A stretch of DNA of 63,987 nt, the filler included, from Diploschistes diacapsis (lineage: Eukaryota), in NCBI GenBank assembly GCA_023645945.1. It is 5 parts of 5 records of this genome, joined end to end, with 100 filler letters (N's around TTAATTAATTAA, not from the genome) between each part and the next. Parts side by side here need not be neighbours in the genome. Positions count along the whole stretch, not along the records: positions 1 to 8,335 come from JALAIB010001167.1; positions 8,436 to 16,764 come from JALAIB010001168.1; 3 more parts are not named here. The stretch is one strand, 5' to 3'. A program made the position numbers and the translations under genes. The notes under the pieces were generated by a model, which worked only from the letters and a program-made list of their open reading frames with translations, searched no databases and had not been told where the DNA came from. Shown piece by piece: positions 1-12,812 of this stretch. The first letter of the stretch is position 1, and each line of letters begins with the position of its first letter.

Positions 1-1687
1 CCCCCCAACCATTCCCATTCCTGGCTACCCATAGGCCATAGGCCACACAGGCCGTGGACCCGTACCCCGTCATCAAGCTGCTTTGCGGCGAGTGTTACTG
101 CGAGATTTAAAAAGCGCTGATTTCTGCAGCCGATTGGGACGGATGCATTGGCATGTAAAAAGATCCTCGGGTATTCTGCAAGGAGAAAGTTACCACACCA
201 GCTCCTAAGCGAAAGAGACCTCAGAAACAAGAGCGAGTTTCTTCCGAAGCCCACCCGCCCACAGCCAGCCTCCCCCCCGTAATGGGTATGGGGGCCCGTA
301 TCCCAGGCTTGACGGTTGCCTCAACATCTAACGGCAGTACCAAATGTCATACGGGGCTGCTTTGTTACAGGTCCACGATAATTTGTTGAAAAGACGAAGG
401 CAGGCCAAGTCATTTGAGTTAATTAATAACCTCGGTCGCGGCCTTCAGATACGGGACTTTTTCAAAACGTCGATTTTGTGCTGCAGCTGGGAGGGTCGAA
501 TCTATGTTTCAAAACCCCTTGCTGTTCACGGTGTGTTCACTCACAGCAGCCCTACAAACAACACCACCGCCATGAGCATGAGCAGGGTATTCATTCGACA
601 CGTTCGACAAGGCTGCTCTTTTAGGAATGTTGCACGAGAGGATTCACTAATCGCAATCGGTCCAAGTGGTCAATATTTCTAAGACGCCACATGAGGTAGG
701 GCAGAGGGGGGCCTGCAGGCCACTGGAGCTTGAGGCTGGAGCCGGACAATCTTATGTAGATCATGGCCAGTTTCTTTTTTTCTTTCCTTTCAGTCAGGAC
801 TCAACAGCAGGCAGAGGGAGAGAAGGGCCAGCAAATTGCCTGGTGTGCTAGAAAGAACCTCTTGGCGTCAGCCCACTCGTAAGAGAGATAAAAAAAAATT
901 GGTTATTATTAATTATTATTATTATTAGGCTGCAGGTATTTTAAGAATAAAATTGAAATGAGTCGGTGACGCTGCTGTCGACCAACTCGAGCAAGATTGC
1001 ATTTTTGCATCGCGTACCGCGTAGATTGGCTGAAGTAAGCTGCGGGGCTTTTCATACCCCGGGTAACAGATGGGCGGCCTCAGATTGGCCAGGGCACTGC
1101 GGCAGGAAGCGGACTGAAGATCCGGCTGTGTAAGATAAAAAAAAAAAAGAGCCCAAAACAAAAAGCAGACATCCGTCTCAGGGAGAGAGGATGCGAGGGA
1201 TCTTGCTTTGGCCGGGCGTAGTAGCTCTTGTCAATTGGCATCATAAATCTCGAGGGCACTCACTGCCATATACAATTGCAGCGACACAGAGACTTTGCAT
1301 AAATTAGAGACGGATTCTTTTATTCACGATTCGATTTTATTCGATGACGAAGGCCGAACAGCTGGGACTGGGACGTGTGCTATGTATGTATGGAGCTTAC
1401 GGGTCAGTGGTCAGTGGTCAGTGTCAAATACTAATAAGTATGACCAAAACACGTGAGGATATGGGCTGCAAACCTTGGAATTTCCCAGATTTTCCAAGCA
1501 TTCGCTCGGAGAAGTTTTTTACGTGAGGAGGATGGAGAGGAGGTTTCTCCGAAGACCAGTGGACGGGAGAGAAAGAGACAGGGCCAGCGAAACAGAGGAC
1601 AGGAAAAAAGAAGTGTTTGTTGCCAAGAGCCCAGAGGTTGAGTGGGAATGACAGGGTTGAGGGCTCAAGCGAGAAAAACGAAACAAC

Positions 1688-1728
1688 ACAGTACAGTACA
1701 GTATACAGTACAGTACAGTACAGTACAG
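1688..1728. repeat. (ACAGT)n pentanucleotide microsatellite, imperfect
   Basis: cagtacagtacagtatacagtacagtacagtacagtacag read directly. Confidence 0.85.
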
Positions 1729-2575
1729 AGTGAGTGCATCGTGAGTGGGCTCCGGCTCCAGTACTTCCCATTACTTCCAGGCCCACTGAAAGGTTTCGAG
1801 CCAGGCACATAGATACCACTAACTACCAGTAAATACCCCGTAACATTCCAGCCCGGGGGCTCGTAGCGTAGCGGAGTCTTCTGCCCAGTGGGTTTTTTGG
1901 TTTGGGTTTTCCCTCCAACTGGCATTTGCTTCGCTGTGCTGCCCGAGCACCCAGTGGCCCGCAACCAACCAAGTCGAGCACCAATTGGTAGCCAAGAATT
2001 GAAACCCACAGCCCGTGTGCGTGCGGGCGTGCGGGCGGCGTGCGTCCAGCTCCAATCCATCCCAACTCTTGACGCTGCCTCAAAACCATCTCTCTTTCCT
2101 CATCCTTCTTTCCTCCCTCCCCATCCCCAACGGAGAGCCTCATCTGCTACTCCTCCAACTCCCCATCTCCCCATCTCCCTCCCTCTCCCCTCTACCTCAA
2201 ACGTCCTCGCTCCCTCTGCCAGTCACACAGAGGTTTAGAGAGGACTAGAAAAAGTTCTGGAGCGTGCAATGCGTTTCTGACCGGCACCTCCGAGTCTTTT
2301 CTTCCCCCTCGTGTCTGGAGTGTTGATTGGACAGTCAATCTCACCTCTAACAAGACACCGAGCTTCCTCTAATCCACCTTTTCCTTTCCGTCTTTCCCTT
2401 TTCATTTCACCCTCGCCTTGCGTAGCTTCGATTCACTTCGACGCTTACAAGGTGGAACCGAGTCCGTGGATTAGTGAGGACTTGGAGATACTTGGAGGAT
2501 TATTGAAAGATCTTGATATGAGATATTGCCCTGGTTGAGCTTCCTCTTTCCAAACTGGAAAAAAACATTTCAAGG

Positions 2576-3720
2576 GTAAGAACATCCCCTACATTTGCTA
2601 CTCTCTTCCATATGAATTTCGGCCACCACGCACCCTCTGCACGTCACCCCCTTCTATCGACCCAGTGGAGGCCTTCCTGTGACGGAGAATGGTTGGCGTC
2701 CAGCGATGACAATTGCTCCCGAGATTTCAAGAGCTGGTTTCGTTTGGTTTGGGAACCTTTCCGGATGGAAACATTTCATACATCATGCTACCGAGGGCTA
2801 TTAGTTCCGGATGCTTTCTGTGTTGGCATGGCTCAGGAGATTGCTCTGGCGAAATCCTTTGGCGGGCTTGAAAATTCTGCCAAGCGTCTGAAATACCGAA
2901 GATGCAAACAACTCCAGCATTTCCTTCGAAACCAGACAAGTGCTGCCGTGATGATATTTCCCTTGCAACAGCTTTTCAGTGCATAGGCCTAACAATGCCC
3001 ATTATCGCGTCATGGACGCGTAAAGCCACGTCCAGAATACTGAATTTACACCGGCCTTGGCACAATCTTTTGTCGAGAGCAGTAACACCCCAATTGAATG
3101 GAGCTGATTAAGGATATAGCATCTTGCATCTTGTCATCCGATCTCACTGAAAGTTCTGAATGCCTGTGGGGGGTATGTCCTCTTATACGCTACTGCTTTC
3201 TACATTAACCCATTTGCAGACCCATTATCACTTCGTTGACGGGCACATCTCTCAACTCGAATATTGATCGAACCTCCTTGTGGACCAGGGAGTTGTTTGC
3301 CATTCAAGGAGGCTGTGGGTCATTTACCTCCTGGGTCCTTGGCAAGCTGGAGCCTTAAAATCGATTGATTGCATTCTTCGTCTAATCCTACTCCGGTAAG
3401 AGTCTTTTTACCCAGGCACGACCCCTATCGCTCGCAACGGGCCATCCGGTTTTGGCATGTCAAGGGCTCCATGCCATTTCAAGTCTAGTACTAACATTCC
3501 TCATTAGATCTAATCTCAAAGCTTGCAGCTATAACTCCACGGATCGGTCAATTCAGTTTCGAAGGCCCATCCACTCTCCTTAATTGCGTTCACGATACCA
3601 ACTACTTACTATCCTTAATATTCGCCTTGTAAAACACTTATCGTCTGTCTCCTAACGGACCTTCATCTTCTTGTTTTTTGTCGGCCATCTTCAACCGTAC
3701 GACTCCCTAGAAACGCAAAG
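2576..3720 (+). promoter_or_regulatory. Long spliced 5' leader of the cyclin gene: putative introns 2576-3119, 3173-3219 and 3396-3507, with uORFs
   Basis: Donors GTAAGA/GTATGT/GTAAGA, branch sites CTGAT/TTAAC/CTAAC, acceptors TAG/CAG/TAG; no long ORF; pyrimidine-rich TSS-like tract at about 2090-2220. Confidence 0.55.
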
Positions 3721-4897
3721 ATGGCATACTCCCGTTCCACGCACGAAGACTACTTTGTTTCTCGCGATCACGAGGCTGTCCGGAGAGAGCAGAAGCACTT
3801 TGAGCTCCGACGCAAGCAACAGACACAGTATGCTATTGCTCAACAGCTATCTGCGCTGGACAAAGATGAGTATGGGGAGGAGCACCTACGGGATATGCTT
3901 GACGCTGAAGTAATTTCCGCACATCCCTTACTTGAGTGATGTGCTGCTCACTGCGATCCAGAAGAAAATGCTCCCAGACGTTGCTTCGATCGATATTCAG
4001 TCCGAGGTTCAATGGTACATGAGGCCATATTTGCTCGACTTCCTCGTTGAAGCACATGCTGCCTTTGGCCTTGCCGCCGAGACCTTCTTTCTGACCCTCA
4101 ACATCCTAGACAGGTACTGCTCGAAAAGGGTCGTTTACCGTCGCCACTACCAGCTGGTCGGCTGCACTGCTATGCTCGTAGCCGCCAAGTTTGACGAACT
4201 CAGCAAACAAGTCCCTCATGTCAAAGAATTGGCCAATATGTGCTGTCATCTCTATGACGAGGACATGTTCATCCAAATGGAGAGACATGTTCTCATGACA
4301 CTGGAATGGCATGTCGGTGCACCCACCACCGCTGCCTTTTTGCGGACCATATTCGATGATGCTCAACTCGATGCAGAACTCGAGCACATGTCCATGTATC
4401 TGTCGGAGATTGCCATGTACCACCGCGACTTTGTGTCACAGCGTCCGTCGGAGCTTGCCAAGGCTTCTTTGGCTCTTGCTCAGATAATTCTGAATCGGCA
4501 TGGCTATCTCGACCAACGCCACTGGGCCTCCAAATACAGCGACAGGCTGCTCATCTTACTGTCACAGAATATCCGCAAACGATCGAAGGTCTTGTACACC
4601 AAGTACGAACGTCCCCATACTTCATGCGTAGCAGTCACCCTGGACAGTTTCTTTGCTCATCACGACGCAATCGCTCGCGAGAGCCTCGGTGGCCTTATTA
4701 CCCCGGAAGCTTCGCCACAGCATCCATCCATGATGCAAACGCCTCCAAAACAGCGGTATCCTGTTAATCTTACCATGCCTCCAACACCGCCAATTACACC
4801 AAGTGGAGACGGCTTCAAAAGCTATCAGAGCATGGGGGCCTATCACCCGGCCGATACACCAGCTTACCGGGCTGCAGACGAGTCTGTCTCTTACTAG
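3721..4897 (+). CDS. G1/S-type cyclin (Cln/Puc1/Ccn1-like); exons 3721-3909 and 3962-4897
   Basis: Cyclin box QWYMRPYLLDFLVEAH...LDRYCSKRVVYRRHYQLVGCTAMLVAAKF; in-frame GT-AG intron 3910-3961; C-terminal S/T-P-rich tail (TPEASP, PPTPPITP). Confidence 0.93.
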
Positions 4898-6976
4898 AGA
4901 CTGGTTCAAGCGTCGACTAGAGCACGAATCTGTGGAGTTCCACTGCAGCGACTTCAGATTCCAGTGACTGCGACGTCGTCGTCGTCATCGTCGTCGTCGT
5001 CGAAGATTACCACCCAAAGGTCATGCTATGCAAGCTATTTAGGCTTCATGCTTAGCCTCACCCCCACTGTCGTCCTTTTTCCTAAATCTGTATACAATGA
5101 TCGGCATTGCATTGTTTCGTTGCTTGTTAGCGTTCTAGCGCTTTGGCTTTAATTTATCCAGACCGATACATCGTTCTCACATTAGCATGTCGTCAAACCT
5201 CAGTCAACCGTCCAACATCAGCCAGTTATCAACCCTATTTGCATACGATGCCGGTTGATTGTTTAATTCCCAGCTTGCTCAACGGCTGTACATCGATCCA
5301 ATACCGGTGCAACTTTGGCGGTCGGCAATCGCTTATACGGCTACCAAGGTCGGAACGCTGATAATCAGAATATTCAGCACTATGGTCTCTGCGGCATGCA
5401 AAATTGATACTCCGTCAAAAAAAAAAAAAAGGTCGCTTTGTTAGCCTCTTAGTTTTCTCCAGTTGTTCATGGTTCGTTATTCCATGTGGTTTGATGATAG
5501 ATGCAAAAAGACAGGGCGACCAAAACGAGGCGCAGGGATCGGTGATTGAAGGTGCGGCAGAGAGGAGAAGGGGATGGCATGGTCTGACTTGCACGCTCCT
5601 GCAAGCCTGCATTCATTAAACGGAAAGAGGGAAGAGTGATACCCCGGCGGCTACTGTTCTTGAGCTGCATGTAACAGATCAAGTAGGAGCAGTATGTCAT
5701 GTATCATATTGGGAAACAAAACGTCTGCACGGAGATTTCTATTATTTCTGCAATATGGAGTCTTGTGCGACCTATAGATGCCGCTGAGACCCTCCTTCGG
5801 CGTTCGCTTTACAGTAGTACTCTTACACTGTACTCTTACTGTTCAATTTCCGGAGAGCATTGTCCAGGGCAAGGGGGTTGTCCGAATTCCAGCCCAGCTC
5901 CTAGGCACGTAGGTATGCACTCGTCAAGAATCTCGTTCCATCCTTCCGGTCAATGAAAAAATGAAAACGAGCACGGTCGTTCTGATTCTTGCCCCTGACT
6001 GAATTGAGCAACGACAGGAAACCTCTTATGCCGTGAGCAATAATATCTCAGAGGTAAGCGCAGTCCGCGGTCCCCGGTCGCGCGTGTCGGCCAGTCATTT
6101 AGGAAGTCGCCGTGGTATTTACGGTAAGGTATCTCTACCTTTGGCCAGGTCCCGGCGGCGGAACAAAAATAAATGTTCTATACGGGGAGGGTTGAGTTAC
6201 GTCAACTAACTAGCATCGAGGATAAAAAACTGGCGGCACTTCTAACCTCGATTATGGGTTTCGCTCTGGTAAATCTCGACCCGGTGGAAAAATTGCGGAG
6301 GGCCTATTTGCTATGAATTGATTCTTTGCTGATGTTGTGTGCATTGCAGAGGTGGGAGCTGCTGTATGTGGAAGGCCGAAACGGGGAAACGAACGAAGGC
6401 CACTTCTGCGCGGACAGAAGAACGCAGAATATGGAGAGAAGTGGTGCTGGGTGCTCCTGCTCCTGCTCCTGCTCTTTTCTGTCTCTTGCAACTATGAGAG
6501 TATAACTATCAAGACGATTCTATGTGTGGGCATACGCAGCTGTGGCCTTTAATCTTCTTGCAGTTGGAGTCCAGACAGCTCTAACCCAGGCCGTTTATCT
6601 ATGTGTCTGGTCGACGAGGTACACTGTGGAGTTGAAGCGGTGTCGAAGAAAATTGGAATATGGGGCCTACCTACCGACACGAAGTAGTGAAGAGCAAGGA
6701 GATGGATGAATGGCTGCAGAATATCATCGGCCTAGCTTAGTCTAGCAGCTCCTCGGTTCTTGCCCTTTCTGGCTTTGCTTTGTCCGGGCTCTCCTGCATA
6801 GCACCTCTGTGTCCATTGCAGGCGTGCACCTTCATTCCAGCAACCCAAAAGTTGTCGTCATCGCAGCAGCTTGCACTAGCGGCGTCTGAATTTTGTTATT
6901 ACCATCCCTGCCATCCATATATACGCCTGCGCGCCGTTCAGCACTGCAACTGGTGTCTATCCATCGCTGTTAAGCC

Positions 6977-8206
6977 ATGCGCCGCAAACCCTTTCTATTG
7001 CCGTCAGCATGGCCGGCCCCAGCATCTACCACTACTATTTTCCTCGCATCTCTATACCGTCGGAGACACCGCAAAGCCTACGCCGACGCCCGTCACGGAC
7101 ATGAACTCCTCCGCCAATCCGTCGAACTTGAACGGCGGTCCTGGTGACTCCTTCCAGACCGGCAACGTGACCATCGCGGCCGGGCAGATGCCCCGAGTAT
7201 GACGCCTTCTCTTTCATCCCCAGCGACCAAAAAGTGGGGATCTATGCATGCGTCGTACTTCCACTAAGTAACTGGAATTCGAAATTTGGCTACACGCCGG
7301 GCGAAGACAATAGCACCGTCGGCGGATCCTCCTTTCTCCTTATTGCAGCCTCTCGGTCCCGGCCTTGTCTCAGAGCGGCGACCTGTCGAAACCATGGATC
7401 ACGTGCAGCGACGGGACGACGTCGAAGCAATCAACAAACGGAGTCTGGGCTCTGTCCATACTGTCAGGTCAGGAACGATGTAGGAAGAACGCCCTGCCGT
7501 ACGCGTGGAGCTGCGATTTCTCAGACCCGACATCAACAGGCTCATACAGCCCTAGCATAAATCCCACCTGCTTCGACCCGGACGACCCAGACCTGGGGGG
7601 GGGATGGGGTGTGCACGCTCGTTGCCTGCGCCGACTGGACACCATGGAACGAGGGCCCACAGGACCAGGCCCGGCCCTTCGACCACACGGGCGTGCCCAA
7701 AGACGGCGGCCGTGGATGCCCAGCACCTGGTCCCTGGAAGAAGGCAAGAGCAGCTTCATGCTGGGCTTCGAAACGATTGCGCCCGGCACCGGCGACCATC
7801 GACACAGGCACACGTGCCTGCATCGTCTTTCAGCCCGACGTCGTCCAGCCAGAAGCCAGGCTTCAATCCGCGCGACGAAGATGTAGGGCACGCCAGGTGC
7901 TTGCCGTGGGTCCCCGCCGAAATTCGCGGGACGTGGGGGGGGGGGGACCCGACGAAGCCATGGATCACATGCAACGACGGCTGCACGCAGACCCCGCACG
8001 CAGAGCGATCCGGCGACGCCCAGGGCCGCCCAGATCAAGAACACGAACGGCAGCTGCGACTGGACCGGACCGGACTGGGACGGATTGAGACCAGGCGCCT
8101 GGCGCTCGGAAACGGAAACTATGCGTTCGACCATGTGCGCGTCGTCGTCGGCGTCGTCGTCGTCGTCGTGGGCGGCGGGGCGCTTTGCGGGCTTAGGTCG
8201 CGGTGA
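6977..8206 (+). CDS. Orphan Cys/Trp-rich protein with an internal duplication and hydrophobic C-terminus; several frameshifts; start uncertain
   Basis: GC-rich coding-like DNA; repeated motifs GD(L/P)(S/T)KPWITC(S/N)DG and HARCL fall in different frames; tail VRVVVGVVVVVVGGGAL. Confidence 0.45.
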
Positions 8207-8335
8207 ACGGCAGTGGCGGGCCGGAGGCCCGCTTGGTTAGGCTTGGCTTGGCCTTTTTGTGGGTTCTTTGAGGAAGGAGGGGGGGACTTGGAAGCGATCT
8301 GGGGGTTCAGGAGCAAAGTGGTGATGGGCGAAAAA

Positions 8336-8435
8336 NNNNNNNNNNNNNNNNNNNNNNNNNNNNNNNNNNNNNNNNNNNNTTAATTAATTAANNNNNNNNN
8401 NNNNNNNNNNNNNNNNNNNNNNNNNNNNNNNNNNN
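8336..8435. other. Assembly spacer (44 N + TTAATTAATTAA + 44 N)
   Basis: Identical 100-nt linker with stops in all six frames, present four times. Confidence 0.98.
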
Positions 8436-9202
8436 CCCCCCGAGAGCCCCCAAAAAGCCCCCAAAGCTTACCTACCAAGTTAGTATCAAGACTTCTGCTT
8501 AGTGAGCTTAATTATTTTACGCGGATTTTATGCTTGTTGACTTTCATCATGTTCAGTTTCCACTACGCGTGACCCCGATCCTTCTTACTATTACTACTAC
8601 TACTACTACCACCACCTACACTATCACATACCTATCTACTCATACCAATCCTGTCCTAATCTTTTTTTCCACCATCATCTTGCAACCTCCATACGCTTCC
8701 AATAACTCGATATCCTTCGATTTGCCATTGCTTCAAATACGCCTACGTGCAACTCAACCTCAATCAGTTCATCTAGTGCGCGCTTCGCGCCACGCTACAC
8801 CTTTGTTTATTGCCACTTCTCGCTCGCCTGCCGCAACGAACACCAGCAATTTCCCCGTGCCTGATCCATCTACCTTCTGAAACACAATCTGCAAAGCATG
8901 AACTCATGTGAGGATATCTTAGCTTGAGAAATCCACCTGAGTGTCTTGTGGAGCGAAGGCGCAAATACGTGGATGGGGCAACACCGCCTGTCTAAAACCC
9001 TTGACACGATTGAGGGCTTGGGATTGTAAAGTTTTCCCTACATCTTAGTAAGGGAACATCCAAGGAAGCGATTCCATCGACGACCACCACCGTGACCAGA
9101 AAACTCGAGTTTCTGGGGTTATCTGTCTATGCTTGGATCCAAGCTTCTCTATCGTCTTTCCGATCGCGCAGAGCTGTTCAGCGCGCGCGACCTAACCGCC
9201 AC

Positions 9203-12200
9203 ATGGTCTTTATGTTTTCACCTCATCGCGACAGCGGTGGGACACTTCACGTTCCATCGCCGACTAGCACCCCTCGCTCTAACCCGCCCTCTACTTTAGA
9301 GCAACTTCGCCGGTCGCTATCAAGGTCGCCTTCCAAAGGTCCCGCTTTTCGCCTCATCACCTCCAAGTCCAACTCACCTTCTCCAAACTCGCCTCTTTCG
9401 CCGTCGCCATTGTCACCATCGCGTCAGGGAGGGCTACTCGCTGCAGAGTCACCCATCAGCGCCCATGAGCCAGCTCCTTTAGGCAGTCCCTTCCACAGTG
9501 GTTCAAAGAAGAAGCGATCAATCGTTCGACATTTGAGTCCGATGCGGCCTTCGTCCCGGACCTTTGGCATCCAGCGAAGTCCGGCAAAACGAACCCTGGC
9601 AGATTCCTCGGACAACGGCAATGCGACGCCGCGATCATCCATGAGCTCGGGCGGAGGATCGGAGAACGACAAACAATTTCGTGAAACAAATGTGGAAAAG
9701 CAGGGATACTCAATTTTCGCCGCCGTGTCTGCGCCGCAAGAACCCGGCAGCCGCTTAGCGCCTCACCACGCGCTTGGTCGACGGGACAAACCAACTGGAT
9801 ACTTTGACATTGCAAAATCGAGCCCACTCAAGCGCAGCGAAGGCAGCACAAACCTTGACTTGGCTCATCTAGGAACCCCGGCCAAGCGCAGAAGTCTGCA
9901 CGGAGCATCTTTCGGTGCTGACTTCAACATTTTCGACCAGGTTGCCGCTTTCGAGCAAACGGACACCAGTACCCAGACCCACCAAAACATTTCAAGCGAC
10001 CAGGAAGCACGCGATCTGATAGCGACTTTTACTCCTTTACCGCACCGATCGGCCTCGTTGAGAAAGACGACGTTGCAGCAGAGGTTCGAAAAGCCAGCCA
10101 CGGAAAGAGGTCATTATGGCGCTCATAATCTTTTCGACGCTCGTACGCCTGCCACCCCAGAGATGAAGGCGCGCAGCCGTTTGTCGTTGGAATTCCCGGT
10201 TCCCCAAGTTGGCCGCGAAAGCCCTTTCACCAACGACGGCCTACAGAACGCATCGATTCACCATGCTCCGCTGATGCGAAGAGAACTTTCGGGTCCAGGA
10301 GGGCCGCCAGTGTCTTCCAGGCATCCTCTAGCAAGAACGATCTCGCAGTCCTCGTCGAGCTCCGGTTTAGCGCAGGACTCGCCAACGCATATTCCAGCAC
10401 GTCACCCGGAACCTCGTCGACCCAAGGGCGATTTATCGAGGTCGCTTCCGCTAGGTAGCCTACGTCCGTCTGCGCGGGATAACGGAACAGCTGCAAACTT
10501 GTCCGAAGGAAGCTCGTTCGCCACGCCTGACAACTACAAGCTTGCAAAGCCCTTGCCCGCTGCCTTTATGTCAACCGGACTGATTTCAAAACGCAACAAG
10601 AACATTGACCACGAGGCTCTGGAACTGGGTGAAAGCGTTGGCAACATGCCCGATACACCATGTAAACGGCCAACTAGCTTGACGTCCATGGTCCCCGAGC
10701 CAACGCCCGACATCAAATTAAATAAATCTCGGCAAAACCGCCATAGTATGCACTCTTTCGGAACCCCTTCTACGCCATTCAATCCTCACGTACAAAATGC
10801 ACCGGTCAAGAACACCACGGGCCTATCAATCTTTGGCAGTAGCTTTAACAATGGAGGGATGGCCCGTAAAGGCAGTTTCCCGGCCTCTGATTTGGAGGAC
10901 GCCTTGAAGTCTCCACTCGCAACTTTCCAAAAGAGGCACAGTAGATGTTTTGAGAAGCTTCCCGCTCCAACGAGACAGGTCTCCGATTCCAGTCTGTCGT
11001 CCGCAAATTGTCCATCACCAGACAATTTGCAGAACACTCGATCTTGCTTCCCAGACGACTCCGTCATGGAATCGCCAAAAGCAGCGTTCAATTGTAAGTC
11101 AATTCCGATATCTACGCCCGCGGTTACAAAAGAAAGAAAAGGCAATGGACATGGCGAGTCTCCGTCTTCAAATATGCTACGCTTCAGAAGCTTCAGTTCC
11201 ATTTCATCCTTCTCAAAGCGCCCACACGCTACGGGAAGATCTCACTGTCCGACTCCTTTATCAGGAACTCCCCTCCCACTCCCTCTCATTCCAAGACAGA
11301 ACGAGAATGCTAAGCAATCTTCTTTAATCATAGCAAGTCCGACATTCGAACGTCATGAGCGAAACTCCCCGCGTACTCCTTTAGATACCATGATGCCTCC
11401 CGATCCCAGCGGCCTGTCAATCTCAGCTCAGGCGGAGAAGATTAACAACACGCAATACTCGCCGGCAAACTCGAACTCTTCGTTTGCAGTCCCGGCCACT
11501 CCGACCGCGATAAGGGATAGCTTCGGGCGCTTCTCCAAGTTTGGCTCGAGCACAACACCGGTGCACCATGCCGTGTCATCTGACATCGACGCCAGCATAA
11601 CTTCAAGGTTTGACAAGGTAGAGCCTCTTAGGTCTGGAGAATTCTCACAGGTTTTCCGGACGTCCCGACGGGCAGCGCCTGTGGCCCAGCAAGGATACTT
11701 TGCAGCATCCCAAGTCAAACGTTCGCCCAAGGCTCCTCTTTCGGAGCAGGTATGGGCCGTAAAGAAAACCAACAGAGCCTATCTCGGACCACGGGATCGG
11801 CTTCGCAAGCTTCAGGAGGTTGAGGTGCTTCGGGCTCTGGGCCAGGGCGATCACACAATCAACTACATCGATAGCTGGGAATGCGATGGTCATCTGTACA
11901 TTCAAACTGAGTTTTGCGAGGAAGGCGCTTTGGACTCTTTCCTGGAACGAGCTGGGCAAAGGGCTAGGCTGGATGACTTTCGGATCTGGAAGATCATGCT
12001 CGAAATTTCATTGGTAAGAATCTCTGTGCTCTATGCTCTAGCATTTCCTTAACGCCTACTTTTAGGGTCTCAAGCACATCCATGACTCCGGTTTCATCCA
12101 CCTGGACCTCAAGCCCGCAAACGTTCTTATCACATTCGAGGGCGTCTTGAAGATAGCGGACTTTGGCATGGCAACTCCATGGCCGGCGAAGGCTGGCATT

Positions 12201-12812
12201 GAAGGTGAGGGTGATCGGGGATATATTGGACCAGAAATTCTCAAGGGTCGATTCGACAAGCCGGCGGATATTTTTGCTTTCGGGCTGATCATGCTTGAGA
12301 TTGCTGGCAACGTTAGACTCCCCGACAATGGGGCGTCATGGCAGCGCCTCCGATCAGGAGACATGAGCGACGTCCCAAGCTTGACTTCGTGCTCCGAGTT
12401 GAGCAGCATTTCGAGGGACGAGTCCGGTAATCCACTAGCTCCCACCCTGACACTAGACGGTGTTGGAATCTCTGAACACGATTCGGCTAGTTTGGCGGCC
12501 TTTGATTTTGGATTCAGTCCGAAGCCCCGGTCGACAGCGAAAGCTTCACGGATGCAGACACGCAGAGCGGGAGAGCTGCACTCCCCTCCTGATTTCATGA
12601 TAAATTTCGACCACGTCTCTGCCCTGGACGGAGTAGTCCGTTGGATGATCTCTCCAGAGGCCACGGATCGCCCAACGGCAGACGAGATTCTCGCGACCGA
12701 GGGCGTACGCTGGACGGAGGCTCGACGACGCTCAGGCGCCACCATCTTCGAAGGCAACTACGGGCCGGCTGATGATATACTTCAAGACGATGCGGAGATG
12801 ATTGACGTCTGA
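9203..12812 (+). CDS. SWE1: Wee1/Swe1 (AnkA-like) mitotic inhibitor kinase; intron 12014-12065, possible additional intron 11094-11333
   Basis: Long S/P-rich N-terminus with KPLPAAFMSTGLISK; kinase motifs GEFSQV, HLDLKPANVLI, DFG, and the Wee1-typical EGEGDRGYIGPE. Confidence 0.95.

Noticed and set aside
344..2300. Overlapping short ORFs upstream of the cyclin
   Set aside because: Low-complexity promoter-like DNA with microsatellites and CCAAT boxes; no protein similarity recognised
8380..8391. TTAATTAATTAA palindrome recurring four times
   Set aside because: Always centred in N runs of fixed length; an assembly linker, not biology
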